DNA from: Azolla caroliniana
Taxonomy: Eukaryota; Plantae; Polypodiophyta
Assembly: GCA_043228905.1 (NCBI GenBank)
Contig: JBHGNT010000006.1
Coordinates: 16,058,001 to 16,122,000, forward strand
DNA: 64,000 bases
Direction: 5' to 3'
Shown: one piece after another, positions 34,341-47,750 of the stretch
How positions within the stretch are numbered: position 1 is the stretch's first letter
Layout of the letters: every line of letters begins with the position of its first letter
Position numbers and translations under genes: made by a program
Notes under the pieces: model-generated
The model's database searches: none
The model's input: only the letters and a program-made list of their open reading frames with translations
Told to the model about the DNA's origin: nothing

Positions 34341-37300
34341 GGAGAAAGAATAAGAAGGCTAGAAGAAGTGAGAAGAAGATTAGTAGAACAAAGGGTTAAG
34401 AAGAAAATACTATTTTCAATTATTGTCATTGAGGTTAGAGTAGAGTTATTTGGGGTTGTTATTTGTAGAGTCTAAGAAGATGATATTGGTTTCCTAATAG
34501 TGTATTGAAGTATTCTTTTCTCTTCCTCTACTCTTCTCTATCTTTTTCCTCTCTCTCATCATCAGTTACGTTCATAGTTGTCCAGCTTGACAGAAGTGTC
34601 GATGTCATGGGCATCGAATTCCTCCATGAGTCGAGTTATTTCTTCCCGATGACAAGCTTCCAACTCGTACAAGTCTCGAGCTATGTCTTCCTGCACTGTA
34701 GAGATGGCTTCTTCTATTATCTTGAAGAACCCTTGGCCCCGTCCCGTGCCTTCATGTTATCCCTATCGGCACGCAAGAGTTGCAATTTGGCTACCTGCGC
34801 CGACCAGGTCTTCCATCCTTTGTCAAGGGATTCGTCTACCAACTATAGTGTTTTGAGCTTGTGGGCTTTTAGAATCAGTCAAACTTTTTCTTCGCCCATA
34901 CTGACCTGGTACTGTGCCGCGGCTAGTTCTTTACATAACTCGGCTATGCGTGCCTTGGCCGACCCTTCTTGTTACCGTACGAGATGTACGAGTGATTGAT
35001 AAGTGTGCTAAGTAAGGGTGAAAGATTTAATGTGTTGATATGTATGTGTAATGTTATACGATTATGAGTGTGAATGTAAGTGTGAGTGTGGTTGATACAA
35101 AGATGTGTGAGTGAGTGACTAGGTGTGAATACCAAGGGGGCTTGCACCCTTGTGTATCTACCCTTTTTTACCTATTTAACCTCTTATGGGGAATGAATGA
35201 AGAATGATCATTTCTCCCTCAATCTCTCTCTTGTCATTTCTCTCTCTCTCTCTCCCCCCCCCCTTACGTTGAACCCCCTTGGGAGGGGGGTGGAGCCATT
35301 CTAGGCACCACCCCCCACCCCTCAATGCTTGTCTTGTTCTTCATGTTCTCTCTCACCATCATACCATTCATCATCTCCACCATTACACCATGTCTATCTT
35401 CATCATCAATCATCATCCTCTACCCTAACCCTAAAACCATTAACACTTCTTCTTGCATCCGTTTAACCTCATCTACCAGCAACTCCAGTCGTTTTTTCTC
35501 ATATTTGACTTCCAATTCGGTGCAAATTGTTCTTAAATCGGCATTCACCGACTCTAGGCGTTCCTTTTCTTTTTCATGTGCCTCCTGTGTGTCAACTGTT
35601 TGGAGTTCTCTCTCGGACAATTGCTCCACGAAATAGTCCTCCTGTATTCGAGTATACTCCTCCAGCTCTTGCGTTTTTTCCTCTTGTTGTTTGGTTTCAT
35701 CCTACTGTTGGACCAATTGCCGCCATTTACCTATTTACCTATTTCGGTTTTAGCGAGCAATATGTGCTCTTCTAATTTTGTGACCTTCTGTTCCACTTTG
35801 GTGGCTCTGGTGGTCGCGTCCTCTATCTTCTTCTCGGCTTCTTTCAGTCATTCATGTAATTGTTGATTAGGTTCTTGTGACTCGTCAGGCATTTGATGTG
35901 CCTAGAACCGATCTTCCGCTTCTTTAAGTTTTTCTTCTATTTGTCGGAGTTTTGCCGAAAATTCGGTGTTGTCGGCTTGGCTTTTTACACATTGTTCTTG
36001 CAGCCGATCTGTTGCCGCCGTGGCTCTCTTCTATGCTTCAACCATGTGTTTGGATGCCCTATTTTCCCTTTCATATTCTCTGTGCACTTCGACGAGTGTT
36101 GTGTGTAATGGAGGCATTTGAATCGCCTCACCTTGATTCTTGGCATTCTCTTGTCGACCGATTCGATCAATTTCTTGTTGTTATCAAGCTCGATAGCTCC
36201 GATCAAAGAATTGTGGATCATAATCTGATCCTTATGTTCTTGGGCTAACAACCCCAAAACTTCCTGCAGACATTGGGCGAGCCATTCGACCAGTTCATAT
36301 GATGTACTGAACTGCATAATGGCTGCCAATTCATGTGTTGTTGGTTCGGGTAGGCCTAATACTTCCGTAGGAGTCATCGATGATGATTTCCCCTTCTCTA
36401 CTCAGCCTGTGTCATTCAAATCGACACGTCTTTCCTCTTCTGATTGCTTCTATTGTGTTTCCACTCTCTATCATTTCGCAGTCGCTGCTTCTTTGTCCGA
36501 TTGTGGGTATCATTGAGCTTTCTGCTTTGTCTGCCCCGTTTGTTGCGTTGCGTTTGGGTTCCAAACTAGTTCTTGACCAAGTGGAGGTGTCGGAGTCGGT
36601 GTCGACTCCTGTACTATTGTGTTGGGTTAGGGAGTCGTTATGGGCTCTTGTTGTTGCTCGAGTATGGATTCTGAATGTCGATCTGGTTCCGATTGTTGGG
36701 TGTCGACAGTTGTCGGCTCTGGTTCCTGCCATTCTTCTCAAGGCACTTCGCTCTGGGTCCTTGATGTTGTCTTTGGCACTGGCTGCCCCTCTACGCCGAC
36801 TCTCTGAACTAGGTGTCGGGCATAGTACTATAATCCATCTTGCGAATATAGGCTTCATGGGTTTGCTTCTTTGAACCCCTTTGAGCTGCTCCCTGAGTGC
36901 CTCCCCCATCAAGTATCCCCAGTTCAATATTCCCCCTTCATATGTAGATATTATGAAACCTGCCCATTTTTTAGGCATACAATAAAATCGGGGACTCACA
37001 AATGTGACCTCCAACAGAAACTTGGTGACCTCGTGAAAGAATTCGTCTTGACTTGCCTTGAGTTTGATAGGCTTTGGCCGATGGCGAATAATCACTGAAA
37101 TATGACCGCATCACTTCTGGCTTAAGGTTTTCCATCGCATCAAATCCTTCTCTTATAAGATTAAGAAATCGACGTACCTGTTTGTTGGTGATTTTGGCTA
37201 CGCCGATTTTATGGACTTTTTCTGCGGCGCATGGGTGTGGTTCGGCATCTGCAACCTGCAAATACCCTTTCAATCCTTTATTACACAGCCATTGTCGCAG

Positions 37301-37754
37301 TTTGTTTGATACAGGGATCATCATGTTATCATCCTGGGAGATGTCGGAATTGTTGAGCGATGGAGAGTTGTATTGTTGCTTTGAATATTGTGTGCAGAGA
37401 GAAGATGAATGAAATCTGTGTACCCCACACACTCAAAAATGTTTCTGCTTCTATGAGATAGAAAGGGGCAAGGTAGGGTTTTGAGGGAATAGACATTTCA
37501 TTTTTTGAGGATTATTATGAAAGAGAATATGTTATTTATGACAGTAGTAGTACAAATATAGTAATAATAGTTCCACCACTCGTAATGAATGTTGCATGAT
37601 TTTGTGGCTTTTCCATATATAATCTGAAAAAGACCATTCCAAGAAGTCATCATGTTTTTTCTGTTATATATATAATTATATATATATTTAATCATACTAT
37701 TTACATTTGTGACTCTACCACTTCACGATGTGGTTGGTTGATTGTCGTTTACAA

Positions 37755-37828
37755 CATGTAGTCTAATGGTCAAGAGCTCGACCCGTGTAACATAAGGTCA
37801 TGGGTTCGAGTCTTGCTATATCATGACA
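37755..37828 (+). other. tRNA-like A/B boxes at an LTR-like terminus (...CATGACA)
   Basis: TAGTCTAATGG at 37759-37769 and GGTTCGAGTC at 37803-37812; abuts the copia RT. Confidence 0.55.
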
Positions 37829-37829
37829 G

Positions 37830-39420
37830 TACCTCTACCAAATGGACGTCAAGAACACCTCTCTCTAAAGAGATTATATGAGGAGGTGAACATGGTACAA
37901 CCACCAGGCTTCAAGTTGAGCACACACCCACAAGCGGTATGTCGACTGAAAAACCCTCTCTACGGCCTCAAGCAGGCACCGAGAGCATGGCATTCGAAGA
38001 AAACCCCATATCTTCATCAAATCGGCTTCAACATGTCCAAGTCTGACAACTCTCTATTCATCTAAAGCGACTCTAGAGGATAGGTATTTATCATCATTTA
38101 TGTGGATGACTTGGTCATAGGAGGAGGTCACTTAGCCGACATTGAGCAGATCAAGAAGCTCCTCTCCAACTGATTCGAAATGAAAGACATGAAGGAGCTC
38201 CATTACTTTCTAGGAATAGAAGTAATTCGGACTCCTAACGGCATCATGCTTTCTCAAAGGCATTATATCCTCAATCTTCTCTACAAGTTTGGGATGACAC
38301 GGTGTAAGCCCATCATTACCCCTCTCGATCGCAACCTAAAGCTCGATGCCGACTCAGGCACAAGAGAGTGTGAGCCGACGCTCTATCGTCAGCTAGTCGA
38401 AAGCCTCATCAACCTCACAATTACCCTATCAGCCTCCTTAGCCAGTTCATGCAAATTCCAAGAGACATCCATCTCGATTGTGCTAAGCGAGTGTGAAGGT
38501 CTGTGAGTGTAACCATGGATTTTGGCATCTTCTACAAATCAGCCACACCGATACGACGTGAAGGGTACACAGATATTGACTAGGACGGCTACAAAACTTA
38601 CAAACGATCAACCTTAGGGTTCGTCTTCTCCCTCGACAGCGGAGCCATATCCTTAAGTAGTAAAAAGTAGTCGACAGCCGCACTGTCGAGCATAGAGGCT
38701 GAATACAGGGGCGCGGTAGTTGCCACATGTGAAGTCGTTTGGCTAAAACGGATATTGAAGAATCTAGGCATATTCCCATATTAGATCTGATTCTCCTCTA
38801 TTGCAACAATACAAGTAGTATTCACCTAGCTCGAAACACAGTTTTCCACGTTCCGATCAAGCACATCGAAGTGCATTATCACTTCATCCAAGAGCGTGTT
38901 CTGGTCGAGGATGTCGACCTACAACACATCAACACGAACCTGCAGCGGCTGAGATCTTCACCAAGGCCCTAGGGATTGACAACCTATGGAAATTCACGAT
39001 GAACCTAGGTCTTTTGACTGTCAACCAACCAAGCTTGTGGGGCAGGAGTGAACCAGCCATCCAAAGCTTAAGTTCTTCGACTCAAAGCCAACTTGAAGAC
39101 CTTTTCCGAACCAACAATCTGGCATGTTGTGTTTTGAAGGGGGGCATGTTGAGAATCAAACTCGACTTGCCGTGTGTGGGAACACACTCTAGGACACTCA
39201 AGTGTGTGAACACCCCATAGTAACTAGTGTGTCATAAAAGTTAATATCCTATGACACATATTCGTTAAGTAGTTAAGGCTCGACCCCTTTCTCAAGGGGT
39301 CGTTTCAATGAGAAAACTTAGAGAGAAGGTGACTACATAAGCACCTTCTCCCTCTCTTTGTAATTGTTGGCTCATTCTTGCTGGTGTTAATATAGTTTTT
39401 TGTTTTTCTATATTTTCCTG

Positions 39421-39467
<47 letters not shown>

Positions 39468-39480
39468 ATCTTCCGCTACA
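37830..39480 (+). mobile_element. Copia 3' portion (RT-RNase H remnant, PPT, 3' LTR from 39147)
   Basis: LYGLKQAPRAW, YVDD, FLGIEV, KHIEVHYHFIQE; GAAGGGGGGCA-TGTTG at ~39136-39151. The LTR right end is approximate. Confidence 0.8.
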
Positions 39481-41160
39481 CAGAATCATCACCAATTCTT
39501 TACAATTATCATATATATTACACACTTCGTAGTACATATTGATACTACACACGTTTGACATTATAATTTTTAGGGGCCTTTCATGTGAAAATGAAAATTT
39601 AAACTTTATATGTCACTTGATGGACAATTTTTTTTAGGTGTATGTTTTTTACAACAAAATGGCCTTTGACGGGCATGACGCCCGTCAATTTTTTGCCCTA
39701 TGTGTATGTATCACTATAATAAACAAGGGTTTTAGTGACATCTTTTTTTTTGTGTCGCGTGGTGACACTGAAGACGTGCAAGACATGCCATTATAAATTA
39801 TAATCATGTCACCATAGATTGACACATGTGTGATATTCGTCATATTCTCCATGCGTGATATTCGGAATATTCAAGAATACGAAATGGCCCCAAGAATATT
39901 ATAAAACCATTCGTTTTGCAAAATAAATATACAAAATATTAATTAGTTCATTTTTTTATTTAAATCAATTTAACTCACTAAAAAAGAATAATCATTCATT
40001 AATAGATTATAAAAATATGATTAGTATTAACTCTCCTTTATAGTGTCAAAAAAAAATGGGGGAAGTTTATGAACCTTTATTTTAATTAATTAATTTAAAA
40101 AAATACTAGTATTTTTATATTTATTATAGAAATATGATCAGTGTGAAGTCAAAATTTTAATGTCAAGATAAAAATATCCATAAATTTTGAGAGAATAAAA
40201 AGTGAGGAGTAAATGACCCTTTATTTTATTTTTTTTATTTATTAAAAATAAAACGAATACTTTTACATTTATTATAAAACTTTATTAGTGTCAAGTCCCT
40301 CTTTTAATGTCCCTTTTTATAGTCCCTCTTTTAATGACCCTTTTTATTATGAAGTCCCTTTTTTTGTATCCCAGGAAACTAAGAAAGGAGGGAGTTCTTG
40401 TACTCTTCTTCTTCTTCTTCTTTTGGGTTAAACGAATACTTGACCATACATTCGTATGCATATTCGTTTGCATTCGAATGGGAAACCCCACAAATGCGAA
40501 TATGTCAATCTATGCATGTCACATAGTGATGTCTACACAATTTATGCAACGTTTCACACTTGCACACATTGCAATGGGTCGTGCGTAGCAACGTGTTTTA
40601 AAATTCTTGTAAAAATATATATAACAAAAGGGGGATTCAAATTCCACTTTTCATAAGCGCTTGATCCCTCTTATTATAGATTTGCAACAGAGAGACATTG
40701 AGCCTACTCCCTCATTTCAAGGTATACGTAGGGTTAAGATTACACACACATACAAATACAAATACAAATACATTTACACATACATACAGAAGATTAAAGT
40801 TAGCATTACACACATATAACACATCTACATAGTTCATTACAATCACTAGCCACCACCTAGTAGTGTTTGTCACTACTTGTCATGATAAGAGTGTATGCGC
40901 TATTAGACAGTCAGAGACACAAGGAAACAATACCCAAATTATATCCACAATGCTAGAGGTTATGTATAACATGTCCTTATCGCTATAAAAAATTCAGAAA
41001 ATATCAACTCTATCATTCTTCCACCTACTCCATGTCTTAAGTTCCTCATATGTATAGTTGGGCTTGGAGAGTTCACACTTTGTTGATCCAATTGTCGTTT
41101 TCCATTACTATGTCGTGCATGCATCAATCTCTCACCAAATATTTCTACATACATACATTA

Positions 41161-41162
<2 letters not shown>

Positions 41163-41214
<52 letters not shown>
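41163..41214. repeat. (TG)n microsatellite
   Basis: About 26 TG units. Confidence 0.95.
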
Positions 41215-41215
<1 letters not shown>

Positions 41216-43313
41216 ACAACAGCTTCTATACACAACATGTATGATAGGCTCCAATCATAGCCCCTAGGGTAAGCATGCATGTTTCAATGATATGTTGATA
41301 AATGTATCAAGAATCTTGGGTCAATATTCATAATACAAGTGGTGGGTGATGGATTTCATAGGGAAATTTAGTTTTCCACAATTTAATCATGGTGCACACT
41401 TGAGGTTTTGATTGCAATGATATTGCTCCTCTTGTGAACTCAAAAGATATATTCCAATGACATTCCCATACTATCCACACAATGGGCATAGTTAGATGTT
41501 GAATACACATCTTCTACCGCCCTTGTAACATCATCATATTCATGATCAAGGAGATATGACGTCAAAATCAATCCCATGTTGTTTAAATCATTAGGAATGA
41601 AATCATGCTCTATTCTTGAGTTAGAGCTCTCCAATATATGCTTTGGATGGTAGATCTACTTATCTTTGTCCAATATAGGATAGGGCCCACTTATCCTTGG
41701 AGTGTGAAACCAATTCCCAAGTTGAAGTCCTCCCACTAGACTCCATTTAGCTCTTCATGGTGAGACTCTATTTCATTCTATCTTCGGCCTTTATCCCATC
41801 CCAATAGCAGAGGGTTTTTGACATCCTTCAATATCACATTGATGTAGCTTTGAACTAACCTATTTGGGGGATGTGAATGCCACGCTACGTTTTGGACAAT
41901 CCGATGGTTCATCATAACCCAAAGCATCATACTTTGGATCTTTGCAGGTCCATTAGAATCTATTTATAATAATCCTCCACAATCTGCTATTAAACTAATT
42001 GTTTCTTACAGAAGAGTACAAGAGTGTACTGATTTTTAGGTTATGGCATCTACACTTCATGCACAACTTTTCATCTAGCAATAAAAATGGGTTCGTGAAT
42101 ACCTTACTTGAGCTAGATGAAGTGTCCCAGAAACTAAGAAAAAGAGGCACTTGAACCAAACAAGAATAAAAATGGGTTCATGAACACCTTACTAGAGCTA
42201 GCTGAATGTAAATGCCAAACAAGACTGGAGAAGATATCATATCAGATACCCTTGATATCATCGGTTCATTTCCACCTTTTCCTTTCCCCTTTTAAATTGT
42301 AGATTGATAAAAAGGACTCTACATTCAGGATACAGACTAACATCCAAAAATGGAAAAGTTAAATGATACAAGTACATAAAAATAAAATTCTAATCTTTTC
42401 GCATGGGAGTTTGTTACTAACATCCAAACTAAGAAAAAATAAGGACATGGGAAAATTCCTCGTTTATGATATCATCCATTTACGTAACGTGCGGTCCCAA
42501 TCAAAGGCAATTAAAACAATTGCAAGCAATAGTGACCTTGTAGCTACATGGTCAATCCCCCTTTAACCACTGACCAACTATAGACAACCAAACAGATGAC
42601 AATATTCAGAAGGATTCCATCAATTGTGTTCTATTAGACATTCAAAGAAATCCATCAAAATTTAAATGTTAAAGGTCGTGGATATTATTCTAGCAAAAGT
42701 ACAGTCTTTAATGATCTATCTAGAAAACAGGCACAGGATGATAAAAACATGAAACAGCATAAAAATGATAATATAAGTCTTGGGGCATTCAAAATTCCAT
42801 AGAAACTAAGATAAAGAGGCACTTGAACCAAATCACCAAGTTCATAACACAAATAACAAGGCAAAACTTCAGTATAGAATAAATATTATATGTAACAGCA
42901 ATTTGTAAACCGTTTGCAAATACGTTTTCTATAAATTAAGGTGGAATCATCTACTCGGCCACCAAGCACCCACTCAGATGTGCTGAGTATCCTATATAAT
43001 ATATTTTCAAATAGAAATACTGTGGGCGACATACGGCTGTGATTGAATGGAATTATATCCGATGACTAAATGTGTGGTGATCATCAATTTCCCCACCACG
43101 GTTCAGTAAGATATCATCACCCACCAATTCGGCAGGATTAAAGTTCTGTCTGCACTAATGCTGAATGATTGGCTTCTTGTATCATTCAACTGTTGCCAAT
43201 TGTTTAATGAAGTCTTTGATGTCAACAATATCTGCAAGAACCCTCCCTCTCATTTTCTTTCATGAGGAATTCGACAGCAGACAGTTAGTTAACTCACATG
43301 CAAAAAAAATATA

Positions 43314-46123
43314 TCACTTGGAGTACGCCGGTGCCTTGCATATTGGACATATATTTTTCAACAAGAGCCACTTCCTGATACAATCTGTATGATATCCATG
43401 GCCACAATCCAATCGACCAACCTCATCCTCCTCAACAAACTCTTCCTGTAAAGTTTTTGTTTATTAAGTGAACACATCAAATGGTGTTATAACATACATA
43501 CTGCAGAACATTCACAATATATGCACCTGGCAAACAGTGCATTTGATGTCGCTTTCTTGAGACAAGGTTGCCAGTGTAGCATCCAAAGAAGAGTACTTAC
43601 TCTCACTCAAGCATGTGGATATCATGTCACTGCTTAGTCCAGTGCTTACACTACCAATCTGTTCTTCTAAAGCTAGCAACTCCTGCAAAATTTCAAAACC
43701 CAAATCATGCAACTCAAAATATCAGAAAATCCATTTCCATACAGGGCAGTACGTTAAGCTGCAAGTTATTCTGTTACCTCATAGGACATGTTATCCACAT
43801 CCAAACGCATATCGCTGTGTTGATCACGCACGTCTACCCCTCGATAAGCAAACGGAGGATCAAACATCACCAACTCCTGTACCATAATCTTCATGCTATC
43901 AGACACCCAATTACTGCCTAGAATCATCAGAGCTTGCATAGCATATGTTTTATTGAAAACATAAAGAAGTGTGAGGACATAAAAATTCAGAGTTCATTAG
44001 ATGCATCGTAAGGATGAGAAGATTGATGAACAGTTCATAAACTACAGCAACAATATGTGATGGTGTTCTGGCATTTGAGACACAACCCTTACCTCAAAAT
44101 TTATATCTTCATTTCTAGAAGCTTGCTCCAATGTGGATAAGATCTGCCCATATGAACAAAAACTCAATGAGCATAAAACAGTTTATGCAACTACCAAAAG
44201 TCAAATAAACATTTATTTGTGGACCTCTGAAAGCAACCTCCGGCGATCTCCGTAAGGCATGCGTGAATTGGGCAAAGGAAGCCCAAGTATATTTTGAATA
44301 CGAGCTCTTGGAATAGCTTCATTGTGACCATCCACAAATAGAGATGCACGACTACCTGAGTGCGGTCCAGATGATATAGTTCTTGAAAGCCGGCCTGAGG
44401 TCAAAATGCCTGGAGCTGGTAGAGGTGGAGGTAGAAAGTTCCTATTTCCATTTTCAGCATCAGATCTTTGATTACATAATAAGTTATTACCATGGTCTCT
44501 AATTTCTGACATATTTGTCATTCTTGATGCAGCAGCATTAGGAATCTGATCGGAAATTGCTACACCATTATCCAACAATGTTCTTCTTACACCTCTGGAA
44601 ACCCTATTTGATATGCCATTCATTTGATTTACATCATTAATGTTTGGGGGTCTCTCACGAACAAAATATCTTGGAGCTGCCATATCACCCCTATTATAAT
44701 GGTTAATGGCTCCACGTGTGGCTAAGTTTAACGATGTTGAGCTGCTGTTGCTACATAAACTCGGTTGACAATTGAAAATATCCGTGAGGTTAACAGATTC
44801 GGGCATTTGCTGTTCCATATATGATGTATCTCTGGTGTATAGATTGTGTGAATTTGGAGCAGCCATGGATTGGTCCAAGTTTCTTCCCAAAAGAGATCCT
44901 AGTTGAGAGTGATTTGGGTCCTCAAACCTGGGGACTGGATGGCCTTCCGATGGTTGAAGGAAACCGTCAGAACGCCCAGCTGAATTTGAACCTATATCAT
45001 TGATATTATTCGTATGCTGTATAGAAAGGTTTGCACTGCTTAAGACAGTTCTATTGTCTGAAAAATTGTCCCAAATTTGTACCATTGGATCATTTGTAAT
45101 ACTTAGGTTCATTAGAGACCCAGATCCACTTGAATGTGGTCTAAGAGACCTCCTTCCTCCCATCACATCCTGATGAGACTCACTGCTCCATCCTGTGGAT
45201 TGTGAGTTTTGTCGAGGTGAGAGACCGACAAGTTCTATCATAGATAACTTTCTTTTATGTTCATTTTTTCTTTCATCAGGCCTAGAATTTTCAGACTGAT
45301 TTATCAAGCTGCAACCAAAGTTTATTGGATGTACTGATCTACGTTCCTTTTCCACTTGAGATGGCAGAATTGAAACCCCCTGATTGGAAAAAGTCAAAGA
45401 ACTTCCACTCATACCATCAGCACAGTCTGTTCCAAATCCATCAGTGCAGTTTCTTAGAAATCTATGGGGTTCCCTATAATGATCACTCGATACACAAGCT
45501 TTCCCTCGACCACTCTCAGGAGATTTCTCCGGTAAAGTTGACAAGTTATTTATCTGTTCCCTACCATCCAATTGAGGAGAAGCCCCAATAATGCAGCCAA
45601 TACCTGTACACGTTACAGCAGGAGGCATTAATACTCTCGAATTACGGTAACTTGGAACTGAGCTTGACGAGCTGCTACAACCTGCACTGTTGCTAGTTTG
45701 AGGCAAATCAAACCCATTTTGCATACCCAATCCCACAACTGACCTCTTTACTTGATCCCCTGTATTATCAACATCGTGATGTCTAACCAACCCTACACAA
45801 GGGCTCGGTACAGAATCCCTCTTATTAATTGTACTCATGTTGTTGAGCCCAGATCTATGTTCACCATCAAACATATTACTCCAGAGGCATTGCTGCTTTG
45901 CTTGATAAGAAGCAGAGACAGAATGTTCTTGAAGAAAATGGTGAGAATGAGTACCATAGCTATCAGTTCCAATATGAGGGAGATTCATTCCATCCAATCT
46001 GGTTCGCTTCAGGGGATCATTAGCGGAAGCAGAATTAACATCACTGAACAAGCTATTGTTTGTACCGTTCCCTGAGCCTAAACTAAAGCTTCGCCTGCTC
46101 TCATTATTATCATCCCTTTCCAT
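43314..46123 (-). CDS. RING-H2 E3 ubiquitin ligase, MBR/HIP1/RHG1-like, ~778 aa (exons 46123-44225, 44143-44093, 43876-43778, 43682-43527, 43445-43314)
   Basis: GT-AG junctions in phase. Family motif HSDMRLDVDNMSYEELLALEEQIGSVSTGLS followed by C3H2C3 RING (CTVCQEE...LDCGHGYHTDCIRKWL..KNICPIC). Long low-complexity N-terminus. Confidence 0.92.
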
Positions 46124-46699
46124 TCTTGTTCTGGTAGAGATTTTCTTGTTCTTCAGATAACAGCTCAAGAAAACCTGAGGAAAAACAAAATGCCATCTCA
46201 TGCTTTTGAAAGGTAGCAGAATGTTAAAAATACATAACGATTGATCCTTACAAAATTATCAAGTTTACTATTTACAAATTACAAATATTGGTGTTGCTAT
46301 ATATTATAAATATCTCCATGCAAAAAATAAGAGACGATCACAATAAGAAAGAATAGACAAACAGAAATTAGGAGACCTCATAAATTTATGTACTATCTAT
46401 ATGTGGAACAAACTTATTTCCTTCTCAAGGAAACTAAAACTGTAGACGGTGTTGCACATAAACTATATTCAATCAAACAGCATTAGTAAACAGCATTAGT
46501 TTTCTTCTGATGTCAGTGTTATACATAGAAAATGTAATCATTCGATGGTTTTCTTCTCAGGGCAATTACAACTGCGCCCGGTGCTACAAATCCATAAGTT
46601 CTTTTTCCTTCAAAAACAAGCAATGTTAGTACTCAATTTGATCATCTCACTCAAGTGACAGCCCTGTCTCTCCAAGCAACTTTCCGTCTCAATATGATA

Positions 46700-47750
46700 A
46701 ACTCTCTCAAGCATCAGAATTCTCTCTCCTTTTTAAAAAAGTAACTTTCCTTCTCAATTTGCATCTCTCCCGAGTGTGAATCATACCCCTACCTACAGAA
46801 AAAAACCTTTCCTTCTCAATTTGATCATCTCTCCAATGTGTTAACCAAATACATGCCACTCCCACCTACCTACAAGACAAAGTACTTCATCACTGAGAAT
46901 TGAACTCTCACAAAAGAAGCAGAAAGATGACAAGCTTATGAAATACAGAAGCATAGGGTTGCACTCTACATACAGAACAACTTTTTTCCTTCACAATTTG
47001 ATCATCTCTCCCCTGTTAACCAAATACATGCCATGATACTAGGGAACACCCCACCTACCTACAAGCCAAAGTACTTCATCACTGAGGATAGACATCTCAA
47101 AAAAAAGCAGAAAGATGGCAAGCTTATGAAATACAGAAGCACAGGGTTGCACTCTACATACAGAAAAACTCATTTCCTTCACAATTTGATTATCTCTCCC
47201 CTGTTAAGCAAATACATGCCATGATACTCGGGAGCACTCCCACCTACCTACAAGACGAAGTACTTCATCAGTGAGGATAGAACTCTCATACAAGAGGCAG
47301 AAAGAATGCAAGCTTATGAAATACAGAAGCAAGGGTTTTGCAACCCATGGAACCAAGGCTAATACGAGTTGGAAGTTGGAATTGTAAAGGTTTCCCATGG
47401 AAGAACGGTGCAGGAGTTATTTAATGAGATAATTCCAGAAGCTACATTCTTATTCTTCAAGAAACACAAGATCTGCATAGCATCTTCCATACCTACCTAC
47501 GAGACAAAGTACTTCATCACTGAGGATAGAACTCTCACACAAGAAGTAGAATGAATGCAAGCTTATGAAATACAGAATCACAGGGTTATGCAACCCATGG
47601 AACCAAGTCCATACGAGTTAGGAGTTAGAATTGTAAAGGTTTCCCATGGAAAAAGGATGGAAGGCCTTACTGAGATAATCCCAAAAAGTAACATTCTTAT
47701 TCTTCAATAAACATGAGACCAATGATGTGCATCATCTTCCATACATCGAG
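46700..47750. repeat. Degenerate tandem duplications (~190-250-bp units) in the 5' intron
   Basis: aagtacttcatcaStgag...aagcttatgaaatacagaa recurs near 46880, 47070, 47260 and 47510. Confidence 0.85.

Larger units (their letters stand above)
25429..37500 (+). mobile_element. Athila/Tat-like retroelement remnant(s) with antisense ORFs and internal tandem array; interrupted by gypsy B
   Basis: LTR-like segment ending CTAACA at 26540 followed by PBS TGGCACGCCCGTGGG (tRNA-Arg type). Minus-strand ORF remnants at 25430-25960 and 35420-37430 share KPMKPIFAxW. Confidence 0.5.

Noticed and set aside
39560-40640. Possible CACTA/MITE remnant (CACTATAA at ~39712, palindrome GACGGGCATGACGCCCGTC at ~39668, short AT-rich repeats)
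   Set aside because: No matching second terminus or TSD could be established by eye.
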